Shown here one piece after another: positions 46,452-55,430 of a stretch of DNA of 64,000 nucleotides. Source of the stretch: a bacterium (GTDB lineage: Bacteria; AUK180); the NCBI GenBank assembly GCA_023133295.1, contig JAGLWT010000037.1, forward strand, positions 8,638-72,637, written 5' to 3'. Position numbers and translations under genes: made by a program. Within the stretch, counting starts at the first letter, position 1. Every line of letters starts with the position of its first letter. The notes under the pieces are model-generated. The model made no database searches. It was not told where the DNA came from and was given only the letters and a program-made list of their open reading frames with translations.

Positions 46452-47156
46452 TTAAAAGGAAGGAGATGTAAAAAAGGTGTAGCGGAGTCCAATTGTTATC
46501 TGCTGATTTTTCCAGACCCAACTGTCAAATTTCAAAATATTTGAAACTCCATAATAATAGTTTCCCTCAATTTGGAATCGGTCCGTCAGGGCAAATATCA
46601 ATCCTATTCTGACACCGAAATCAAACCAGTCAATATTCAGTTTATCAGATTTATTATCCCACAAGACTTCATCTCCTGTATATAATAGATCCCTTGTGCC
46701 ACTAAATAATGCAAACGATGTCTGAAATCCTATATTTATCATAAGCCTTTTGAATTTTATGCCATAATATATTGGTAATCCGATGTATGAAATATGTCTC
46801 CACACCTCTGATGTATATATTATACCTGAGGGATCTCCGTTAGCTAAGGTCCCCTCAAATTCTGTCAGCTCAAGGCCTTCGATCTGTAGGAAAAGCAATT
46901 CCGCTCCAAAAACTGATCTGTCATTAATTTTTACACTATAATAGATGCCTGCATTACCCGATAATGTAAATTTGTCATCAGGGAAAGAACTGGAAATTTT
47001 ACTCATACCGGGATTGATTTTTACTCCGAAACTATGCTGCACAAAAGCTACAGGATAGGTGTTAAGAAGAACCATTAAGGTCAGTATGATTGCCAGTTGT
47101 TTCAATCTCATTTTAGATTCATTAATTCTTATCCGTGCTTTGGCTTCTTTAGACAT
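46452..47156 (-). CDS. Outer-membrane beta-barrel (porin-family-like) protein
   Basis: 234-aa ORF with a signal-like LAIILTLMVLLNTYPVAFV, alternating beta-strand pattern and a C-terminal aromatic residue (..FFTSPSF). Confidence 0.65.
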   Translation of the reverse strand: MSKEAKARIRINESKMRLKQLAIILTLMVLLNTYPVAFVQHSFGVKINPGMSKISSSFPDDKFTLSGNAGIYYSVKINDRSVFGAELLFLQIEGLELTEFEGTLANGDPSGIIYTSEVWRHISYIGLPIYYGIKFKRLMINIGFQTSFALFSGTRDLLYTGDEVLWDNKSDKLNIDWFDFGVRIGLIFALTDRFQIEGNYYYGVSNILKFDSWVWKNQQITIGLRYTFFTSPSF

Positions 47157-47558
47157 CTAATCCTCGACCTTTTTCACAAATATCGTAGATAGGCGGAGGG
47201 CGCCTATGACAAGAGGGATCGAGGCCAGCCAGGTTGATACAAAGAGATGGTATTCAGGATTGAAATTAGTACTGCCCAAGAGAACAAATATCGCAGCTGC
47301 GATAATAAGAAGACCCAAACACATCAGCAGCACCCAGAAGATCTTTGAAAATATATTTCTCTCATCCCGATTGGTCTTTACTAAACCTATGCATACTGCA
47401 ATAAATACAAAGGTTAATATTACATTATCAGAACCCTCGGGAATGACACCCAACTTATTAAGGATCACAATGATAGAAAACGGAACAATAGTATAGGCTA
47501 ATACAATAGCGATCCACATCTTTGATTTCCAGACCCACTTGACTTTTTCTTTAACCAT
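47157..47558 (-). CDS. Small 4-TM membrane protein, function unknown
   Basis: 133-aa ORF, directly abutting the downstream beta-barrel gene. Confidence 0.5.
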   Translation of the reverse strand: MVKEKVKWVWKSKMWIAIVLAYTIVPFSIIVILNKLGVIPEGSDNVILTFVFIAVCIGLVKTNRDERNIFSKIFWVLLMCLGLLIIAAAIFVLLGSTNFNPEYHLFVSTWLASIPLVIGALRLSTIFVKKVED

Positions 47559-47768
47559 AGCTTACTCCTGAATAGTCGTGGGAAGAGGTTACGCTTCGCA
47601 GTGGGCCCAGTGACCCAGTGGACCCAGTGGAACAGGGGGGAAGGGACAAGTGCAAGTGAATAGTGTATAGTGATGAGTGAAGAGATAAAGAAGAGGGTAG
47701 TTGAGAAAAGATACCGTGTAAACTCATCTCTAATTTCGCTTCTTTAATCATCTTTTCCAGCATGCGTT

Positions 47769-47797
47769 AGTATACAGTATTCAGGTGCGATTTGCAA
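47769..47797 (-). promoter_or_regulatory. Promoter module P3 (TTGCAA-17-TATACT) embedded in a 9-bp-stem hairpin
   Basis: -35 is at 47797-47792 and -10 at 47774-47769. ATTCAGGTG...CACCTGAAT flanks the -35. Copies lie at 51918-51946 and 59238-59266. Confidence 0.5.
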
Positions 47798-47809
47798 AGC
47801 AAACACCTG

Positions 47810-48215
47810 AATATAGAGGTTGGAGGCTGGAGGCCTATAGAGAAGTGAACAGTGAACAATGAATAGTGAACAATTACATATAGAGGTTGGAGGCTGGAGG
47901 TTAGAGGTTGGTGCAGAAGGGAAGAGTGAAGAGTGAAGAATGAAGAGTGAAGAATGAAGAATGAAGAAGTGAATAGTGAAGAGTGAACAATTACATATAG
48001 AGGTTGGAGGCTGGAGGTTGGAGGTTGGTGCAGAAGGGAAGAGTGAAGAGTGAAGAGTGAAGAATGAAGAGTGAAGAATGAAGAATGATGCTTCGCAGAG
48101 TTTGGAGGCTGGAGGTTGGAGGTTGGTGCAGAAGGGAATAATACGGACTGCTGCGCAGAGCCTATAGAGAAATGGAGAATGAAGAATGAATAATGGGTGA
48201 AGGTAGAGAAAGTAA
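47810..48215. repeat. Heptanucleotide arrays (GGAGGTT/GGAGGCT, GAAGAAT/GAAGAGT, GTGAACA/GTGAATA) organised as a ~117-bp higher-order tandem duplication
   Basis: Units start at 47876 and 47993 (acatatagaggttggaggctggagg...), with a partial third unit from 48101. Confidence 0.85.
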
Positions 48216-48436
48216 ATGGGGGATGGATCCTTCACATCCGTTCAGAGCCTGCCCTGAGCGTATCGAAGGGATGACACGCATGGAAAAGCAAACACACAGA
48301 TTCGCCTATATCGGTGAGTCATCTTCTAAATGCGGTAAAAGTGGGCAACCTCTTGATTTTATGCTGATTTAATGATAAAGTTTAGTACAAAACCTCGGCA
48401 TATATTCACAGTTGCCGAGAGTTTGTTGGAGTACAA

Positions 48437-49033
48437 ATGAGCAGAAAGGAAGATAAGGTTCTGAAAATAGTTGAAAAAGAAGGGATGATCACACCCAAGG
48501 AAATTGAAAAGAGAAATATTTCCCGGCAATACATTTATCAACTATATAGGAAAGGAAAACTGGAGAAAGTAAGTAGAGGGCTTTATAAACTTGCTAATAG
48601 CCTGTTTTCTCAGAATGAGATGCTTATAGCGGTAGCAAATAGCATCCCCGCTGCTACTATATGTCTTCTAACTGCTCTTAGATTTCATGATATGACCGTT
48701 CAGAATTCATATAGAATATGGATATCCATTCACCACAAGAGTCATTCTCCCAGGGCTAGTATTCCCCTAAAGATCATTAGGATGACAGGAAAATCACTGA
48801 CAGAAGGACGCGAAGAATATGTTATTGATAATACCAAGATATTTGTATATAATCCCGCTAAAACCGTTGCTGATTGTTTCAAATTTAGGAATAAGATCGG
48901 GATCGACGTAGCTCTTGAAGCCCTCCGAGAATTTATTGATCAGAAGAAGGGAACAATAGACGAGCTATGGAGATATGCGAAAATAGATCGTGTTCAGAAT
49001 ATTATTAGACCATACCTTGAGGTGCAGCTTTGA
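48437..49033 (+). CDS. AbiEi-type antitoxin
   Basis: 198-aa ORF with MITPKEIEKRNISRQYIYQLYRKGKLEKVSRGLYKL. It overlaps the toxin gene by 4 nt. Confidence 0.85.
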   Translation: MSRKEDKVLKIVEKEGMITPKEIEKRNISRQYIYQLYRKGKLEKVSRGLYKLANSLFSQNEMLIAVANSIPAATICLLTALRFHDMTVQNSYRIWISIHHKSHSPRASIPLKIIRMTGKSLTEGREEYVIDNTKIFVYNPAKTVADCFKFRNKIGIDVALEALREFIDQKKGTIDELWRYAKIDRVQNIIRPYLEVQL

Positions 49034-49944
49034 AGGATATGGATCTTATTCAATCTATTAAGCAACGCCTTCTGAATCTAGCAAGGAGCAACGGCGAAGA
49101 TTATAACCATGTATTGGTTCTTTATGGTATAGAGCGCTTTTTATATAGATTAAGCCTATCAAAATATGCCAATCTCTTCATTTTGAAAGGTGCGTTACTA
49201 CTGTATTGTTTAAAAGGAAACACACATCGAATGACTTCCGATATAGACCTATTATGCTCAAGGAAATTCAATTCTGAGGAATTGGAAAGTATTATCAAAG
49301 AAATTTGTAATGTTAATGGCCAGAGTGACGGATTAGTTTTTCAAACGGAAACTTTAAAAATCTCAGCAATAAAGAAAGAGGATGATTATGGTGGAATTCG
49401 AGTAAAATTAAAGGCCAAATTGGGTAATTCCATTATATCGACACAATTGGATATTGGTTTTGGAGATTATGTATTCCCCAAACCTCATGAGTGCAAATAC
49501 CCAACACTGCTTAATCTTTCTGCTCCGCAAATAATTGCCTATTCTCTTGAAACAAGCATAGCTGAAAAATTTCACGCAATGGTAAAAAATGGAATGTTTA
49601 ACAGCAGATTGAAAGACTTCTATGATATCTGGATAATGAGTAGTAATTATGATTTTCAAGGAAATCTATTACAAACCGCAATTGCGGGGACTTTTAAAAG
49701 GAGAAGGACTCAACTTCCATCTAATACCCCGGTCGCTCTGAGTGATGAATTCGCCCAAGACCAGAATAAAAATAAGCAGTGGAAAGGATTTTGTAATAGG
49801 ATCGGCGTGGAGAAGAATTTGTTACTTGAAGACATTATTGGAGAAATTAGTATATTTTTAATGCCTATTATTAAAGCTATCAAAGATAATTGTGATATCA
49901 ATAAGAAATGGTCCCACGATAAGAATAAGTGGATAGAAGAATGA
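49030..49944 (+). CDS. AbiEii-type nucleotidyltransferase toxin (DUF1814), intact
   Basis: 304-aa ORF with FILKGALLLY...TSDIDLL...QLDIGFGD...SIAEKFHAMV...RLKDFYDIW. Confidence 0.85.
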   Translation: MKDMDLIQSIKQRLLNLARSNGEDYNHVLVLYGIERFLYRLSLSKYANLFILKGALLLYCLKGNTHRMTSDIDLLCSRKFNSEELESIIKEICNVNGQSDGLVFQTETLKISAIKKEDDYGGIRVKLKAKLGNSIISTQLDIGFGDYVFPKPHECKYPTLLNLSAPQIIAYSLETSIAEKFHAMVKNGMFNSRLKDFYDIWIMSSNYDFQGNLLQTAIAGTFKRRRTQLPSNTPVALSDEFAQDQNKNKQWKGFCNRIGVEKNLLLEDIIGEISIFLMPIIKAIKDNCDINKKWSHDKNKWIEE

Positions 49945-50613
49945 AGAATGAATAGTGAAGAATGAATAGTGGCTAAATATAATTGACAATGGACAATTGA
50001 CAGTTGACAATTAAGGAATAGAAAACAGAGAGGATGGATTCCCGATCCCCGATGTAATCGGGGTTCCCAAGGTCACAAGCCCAATAACGGGAATGACTAA
50101 TGCGATGGATCCTTCGCCGAAAAGCTCAGGATGACAGGGAATCCGGAGGAATCCTCTTTCTCATGTCTCTTCTTTTTCTCATCTCCTCTTTCTCCTGTCT
50201 CTTCTCCTTCTCATCCCCTCTTTCTTCTTGTCCCCTCTTTCTCATTCCCCGCGATTGGCAACCAGACATGGGGACGGTGGTTGAAAGTGTTGAATAAAAG
50301 CAGCGTGTTTTTGCAAGTAATTCATGTATTGTTCGATTTTCTTTCTGCGAGCTGCCTCTAATGCGACATGGGGACGGTCGTTGAATAAGATTGTTCAAAG
50401 GTTCAAAAGTTCAAGGTTCAAAGTGGTGAAATAGGTGATCGGTAAAACGGGAAAGCACAAGAGGTAAATACCAGATGGATTCTTCGGTCGCTATCGCTCT
50501 TTCAGAATGACAAACAGCTAAACAAGTGGACCCAGTGGGACACGATTTGCAGAGTCCTTATTCCAGTCCTTCTGGAATTTTCCTTTCTCCCATTCCCCGC
50601 GATTGGCAACCAG

Positions 50614-50737
50614 ATATGGGGACGGTGGTTGACATTGTTGACATGATTCACCACTCGACAGCCGTAAGTATTGCTATAATAGACTGTAACGGCGATTCAC
50701 TCATTTAGAAATATTTCAAGAAAATGGGGCCAGAAGT
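50614..50737 (+). repeat. Module C copy
   Basis: atatggggacggtggttgacattgttgacatgattc...attgctataatagactgtaacggcgattcactcatttagaaatatttcaagaaaatggggccagaagt. Confidence 0.8.
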
Positions 50738-50978
50738 TAGGAATGATGCTGCGAAAAGACGCAGCGTTCAAAGTTCAAGGTTTAAAGGAGGGAAATAACG
50801 GATGGATCCTTCAATCACTAAGGCTCACTCAGGATGACACGATAGGATAGATGATAGGTTCCGAGGTGTGATATAAAGAGGTTATAGATTTCCGCTTTCG
50901 CGGGAATGACGAAATGTAATGAAGAATCGAGAAATGAAGGATGAAGAAAAGATAATGTACGAGAGAAAAGTGGTTATT

Positions 50979-51899
50979 TTAATCTACATTCTTGTTCAAT
51001 TTTTCTATTATTTCAAAAGAACTACTATCAAATTTAGAAAATGCAAACCATTTTTTACCTAAATCCTTTAGCGATGCTCCAAAATGATAAAGATTTTCTT
51101 GGTCAATAATCAAAAACCTATCGTGTGCTTTCTTAAATTCCCTTATTTTAATTGATGGATATTGGGTATTGTACTTTTTCAAATCAAGTTCAAGTTGTTT
51201 TGTAATTTTCTTTGTGTAAATAATTACTTGTACCTTCTTCTTTCTTTTTGTTAGTAAGGTTAAAACCGAATCATCAATATAGTTATCTACTAAAATAATG
51301 GTGTTTCTTGCTGAGCGAATTAAATCAGACACAAATTTGTAGGCATCAAATATCTGTCCATCAAAAAATATTCCCTGTTTTGGAAAGTTATCCTTATTTT
51401 CTAATGCTTTGAATATACTCTCAAATTTTTTATCATATTCAAGATGCTTGTGTTCGATCCTATCCAGTTTTTGGAACATTTCTGCATTTTTGATAATAAA
51501 TTTACGCATGGCTATAAATGCTTTTATTATTTGCACGCTCATTTTAACTGCGGTATCACTTTTCAAAACAGCAGAAAGCATTGCAACGCCTTGCTCTGTA
51601 AAAACATAGGGGAGCTTTCTTCTCCCTCCATGTTGCTTTGATGTCACAGTTTGTGATATCAAGTCAGAATTTATTGAAGTGCCATTTTGGAACCTCAAAT
51701 GCTCGAACTCGGCTTTTGTCAATTGAAACATAAAATCTTCTGGAAACCTATCGATATTCCTTTTGACTGCTTGATTCAATACTCTTGTTTCTACGCCATA
51801 CAACTCAGCTAGATCACTATCCAACATAATCTGTGAACCTCTGATAGTAAAAATTAAATTTTGTAATTCATCGGCTTTTTTAATTTGATCTTTATTCAT
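50979..51899 (-). CDS. ORF6N/KilA-N-type DNA-binding domain protein
   Basis: 306-aa ORF with IFTIRGSQIMLDSDLAELYGVETRVLNQAVKRNIDRFPEDFMFQLTKAEF. Confidence 0.75.
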   Translation of the reverse strand: MNKDQIKKADELQNLIFTIRGSQIMLDSDLAELYGVETRVLNQAVKRNIDRFPEDFMFQLTKAEFEHLRFQNGTSINSDLISQTVTSKQHGGRRKLPYVFTEQGVAMLSAVLKSDTAVKMSVQIIKAFIAMRKFIIKNAEMFQKLDRIEHKHLEYDKKFESIFKALENKDNFPKQGIFFDGQIFDAYKFVSDLIRSARNTIILVDNYIDDSVLTLLTKRKKKVQVIIYTKKITKQLELDLKKYNTQYPSIKIREFKKAHDRFLIIDQENLYHFGASLKDLGKKWFAFSKFDSSSFEIIEKLNKNVD

Positions 51900-51917
51900 C
51901 TAATCCCCACATGGGAA

Positions 51918-51946
51918 ATTATACAATATTCAGGTACAATTTGCAA
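51918..51946 (-). promoter_or_regulatory. Promoter module P3 (TTGCAA-17-TATAAT)
   Basis: -35 is at 51946-51941 and -10 at 51923-51918, 19 nt upstream of the ATG at 51899. Confidence 0.55.
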
Positions 51947-52253
51947 AGCAAACACCTGAATATAGAGGTTGGAGGTTGGTGCAGAAGGGAATAATACGGA
52001 CTGCTGCACAGGGCCACAAGAGCACAAGTGACAAGTGCACAAGTGTACAAGGTACAAGGCACAGGGGACAAGGCACAAGTGCAGAAGTAAGTGTGAAGCG
52101 TAAAGTGGGAACGCACAAGAGGTAAATACAAGATGGATCCTTCGCCGAAAAGCTCAGGATGACAGGGAATCCGGAGGGATTCTCTTTCTCATGTCTCTTC
52201 TCTTTCTCATCCCCTCTTTTCCCTCCTTCCCATTCCCTGCGATTGGCAACCAG

Positions 52254-52379
52254 ATATGGGGACGGTGGTTGGCATAGTTGGCATAATTCGTCTCTATATT
52301 CCCCTGTAAGTAATGTTATAATAGACTGTAACGCCGATTTCCTCATTTAGAAATATTTCAAAAATACGGGGCCAGAAGT
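52254..52379 (+). repeat. Module C copy
   Basis: atatggggacggtggttggcatagttggcataattcg...aatgttataatagactgtaacgccgatttcctcatttagaaatatttcaaaaatacggggccagaagt. Confidence 0.8.
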
Positions 52380-52408
52380 GTGAGGAAGGTAGTTGCATCC
52401 CGGGATAA

Positions 52409-53215
52409 CTACTTCTCTGACAACTCCCCGAACAGGTCCATTATCCACCCCCAAGTGAAATCGCTCATCTCCACGTCGGGAAGGATACGGGAATTCGACA
52501 TACTGCTGAGACAGAGATTGTTCCAGAGTTTTCGGACCTTCACCTTCTTTATAGAATATTTTCGAAATACGCTTGCTATGACACTAGCATGCTGACCAGC
52601 CGCCTTCTCAATAGTTGCATCAAAATCTGCTGCAGCCATCTCGATGTTGTCGAGAACCCTATTTTCGATGCCTCTTATGAGTATAGCAGGAGCAAATCCC
52701 TTTCCCGAATCAATGATAGTGGTAAGATCTGCTATGGCTTTCTCCTTTTCTCCTTTTCTTGAATATAGATGGGCTCTTCGGAACAATGCTTCCGTTTTAA
52801 ACTCATCGGCTTCACTTGCTTTTGTAAAATCCTGGATCGCTTTCTCTTTATCCTTCTTTCTCCAATGGCATTTGCCTCTGTACAAATAGAGTACAGCTTT
52901 ATCGGGGTCAAGCTCTATTGCTTTGTCAAGTTCTGCAATTGCTTTTTCATAATCTCTAAGTATCGTATAGCATATCCCCTGTATCATGTGTACTTCTGAA
53001 TTCTCCAAATCCATTTTGAGAAACTTGTCGCATATTCCGACCGCCTGCAAATACACGTTTATTTCCGCATTCTTTCGGGCGCTTTCCACTAATGTCTTCA
53101 AATTAGCATTTTCTGCGCCCAATGCATATGCAGGAAGCACCACAATTGTAAGCAGAACGAAAAGGATGAACCTAATAGTTGAACTGTGAAACGAATTACC
53201 ATTTTTCTTAAGCAT
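52409..53215 (-). CDS. Secreted TPR-repeat protein
   Basis: I chose the start at 53215 (MLKKNG...) because AGGAGG lies upstream. It has signal peptide FILFVLLTIVVLPAYALG and several TPR units (...AIAELDKAIELDPDKAVLYLYRGKCH...). Confidence 0.7.
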   Translation of the reverse strand: MLKKNGNSFHSSTIRFILFVLLTIVVLPAYALGAENANLKTLVESARKNAEINVYLQAVGICDKFLKMDLENSEVHMIQGICYTILRDYEKAIAELDKAIELDPDKAVLYLYRGKCHWRKKDKEKAIQDFTKASEADEFKTEALFRRAHLYSRKGEKEKAIADLTTIIDSGKGFAPAILIRGIENRVLDNIEMAAADFDATIEKAAGQHASVIASVFRKYSIKKVKVRKLWNNLCLSSMSNSRILPDVEMSDFTWGWIMDLFGELSEK

Positions 53216-54122
53216 AATCTCCTCCTGTGGTATTATAACACAACAATTGGATATTGTCAATCAGACATTCCGAGCTGAAAAGTTGAAACACGTCCTTAGA
53301 AAGAACTTCGAAATCCAATAGTAAATATTGGAGACGGAGGCCTATAGGGAAGTGAATAGTGAACAGTGAACAATGAATAATGAATAATGAGAGAACGCAC
53401 AAGAAACAGATACCAACTGGATCCTTCGGTCGCTACCGCTCCTTCAGAATGACAAAAAGCTAAACAAGTGGACCCAGTGGGACACGATTTGCAGAGTCCT
53501 TATTCCAGTCCTTCTGGAATTTTCCTTTCTCCTCTTTCTCGGATCTCCTCTCTCCTTCGCCTGATATTTTGTCAACCAAAATAGGGACGGAGGTATATTT
53601 TGTTGCATTTTGAGTTTATTTTTAGTATGAGAGTGGATTGATTCCCGATCAAGTCGGGAATGACCCCGCATCTTAGTAAAAGTGCGGGGTAAACTCCATA
53701 GGAGATGGAGCCTTCGCCGAAAAGCTCAGGATGACAGGGAATCCGGAGGGATCCTCTTTCTCTTGTCTCTTCTCTTTCTCATCCCCTCTTTCCCCTTCCC
53801 ATCGCCTGACAACCATAATGGGGACGGTGGTTGAAAAGTTGAATATTGCATGTTCAAAAGTTCAAAGTGGAGCGAGATGGATCCTTCGCGCTGCTCAGGA
53901 TGACAGAATACAGTGAAAAGTGAAAAGTGAAAAATGAAGGAGGGAAAAGATGGATTATCGGGTCCCCGAAAATATCCGGGATTTCCGCTTCGCTACAACA
54001 AGCCCGATAATGACGGATTCCGGGATCTGGATGTATTCTCTTTCTGGAGTATTTCTGATCTCCTTCTCTATTAGTCTCCTCTTTCTGGTATTTCCCGGCC
54101 CCTTCGGGCATATTGGAAGCAG

Positions 54123-54246
54123 ATATGGGGACGGTGGTTGGCATAGTTGGCATAATTTGCCTCTATATTTTCCTGTAAGTATTGTTATAATAGACCGTAA
54201 CGGCGATTCACTCGTTTCGAAATATTTCAAGAAAAATGGGACCAGC
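54123..54246 (+). repeat. Module C copy
   Basis: Aligns with 50614, 52254, 54613 and 59706. Confidence 0.8.
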
Positions 54247-54612
54247 AATGCTGAGCTTGCTCAGCAAGTCTGAAGTGTGAGGTGTGAAGTGTCAAGTAGG
54301 GAAAAAGACGGGATGAAATAAAAACTGGATCCCACGGTCGCAAACTCCCTCTGGATGACACTCTTCAATTGTTCATTGTTCATTTCTGAATTGTTGACTG
54401 AATTTATCAACCTTGAACACGCTGCGCAGTGGACCCAGGGACAAGTGGACCCAGTGGAACACGCTTCGCAGAGCACAAGTGACAAGTGCACACGAGCACA
54501 AGCAGCAAATCCCGGAGGGATATTCCTCTGGAGTATTTCTGATATCCTCTTCTCTCTGTTCCCTCTCCTTCTGGTATTTCTCTCTTTCTCATTCCCCGCG
54601 ATTGGCAACCAG

Positions 54613-54737
54613 ACATGGGGACGGTGGTTGGCATAGTTGACATGATTCGCCACTCGGTAGCCGTATGTATTGCGTTATACGATTAATTCGGAGATTCGCT
54701 CATTTAGAAATATTTCAAAAATACGGGGCCAGAAGTT
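54613..54737 (+). repeat. Module C copy (degenerate centre)
   Basis: acatggggacggtggttggcatagttgacatgattcgccactcgg...catttagaaatatttcaaaaatacggggccagaagt. Confidence 0.75.
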
Positions 54738-54963
54738 AGTAATGATGCTGCGAAAAAACGCAGCGTTCAAAAGTTCAAAGTTGAGTGAGATGGATGTTTC
54801 GCGTTGCTCAGGATGACAGAATACAGTTAATAATGGAAGAAATCCTGGATGCCACGCCTGTGGCTCTGCATGACAGGGATGGGAACTGATAGAAGATATG
54901 GAACAATGGGTAGTAAGTTGCCCAGTGAAACACGCTTCGCGGAGCATCGGCAATGCTGTGTTT

Positions 54964-55425
54964 CTATTTTTTCTCTATCAGATATGAAATGAAATCTAAC
55001 CTCTCTTTTTTAAACATATTTTTTGCTTCGTTAAGTTTTTTTGCCAGGGGTTCTAATTCTTCCCACTCCAAACGAAATGAATATGAATGCCTAAAAAAAT
55101 GTCTGAAGGCAAGGAATTCGGATAAAACAGCTTTCAATCCTTCAGATATGACAGGAATACGGTCATCGGTTTCAATCACCATCTGCCTTAATAGATTTTT
55201 ATGCCAATTTTTGTTATCAAGATCTACTTTTTCATAAGCTTTTGATATGGACAATAAGGTGTTTTCTACCCCGTTATAGAAAGAATGTATAACAGTAGCG
55301 AATGCTGCTAATTCAATTTCATTAGGGGAACTGCTGTCTACCTTCTCAATTAATTTGCTATATATCTTGAATATTTCATTTATTTCTTCGATTTCGAATC
55401 GGATTTTACTTATTAATTCATTCAT
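54964..55425 (-). CDS. HEPN-domain (HepT-like) toxin
   Basis: 153-aa ORF with an R-x4-H-x-Y motif in FLAFRHFFRHSYSF. It lies 5 nt downstream of the MNT gene. Confidence 0.65.
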   Translation of the reverse strand: MNELISKIRFEIEEINEIFKIYSKLIEKVDSSSPNEIELAAFATVIHSFYNGVENTLLSISKAYEKVDLDNKNWHKNLLRQMVIETDDRIPVISEGLKAVLSEFLAFRHFFRHSYSFRLEWEELEPLAKKLNEAKNMFKKERLDFISYLIEKK

Positions 55426-55430
55426 ACTTC

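Noticed and set aside
47810-48215. CRISPR array
   Set aside because: The repeats have a 7-nt period (with a ~117-bp higher-order unit) and no unique spacers of 25-40 nt. No cas genes are in the window.
47744-48235. 163-aa ORF, and similar ORFs at 47551-47763, 50100-50708, 51896-52350, 53208-54953, 55808-56074, 57603-58137 and 59405-60052.
   Set aside because: They lie wholly in heptamer arrays or mosaic repeat modules and translate to low-complexity strings (SSLFTLHS..., FSFSSPL...). They overlap one another in several frames and lack start contexts. They are artefacts of repeat DNA.
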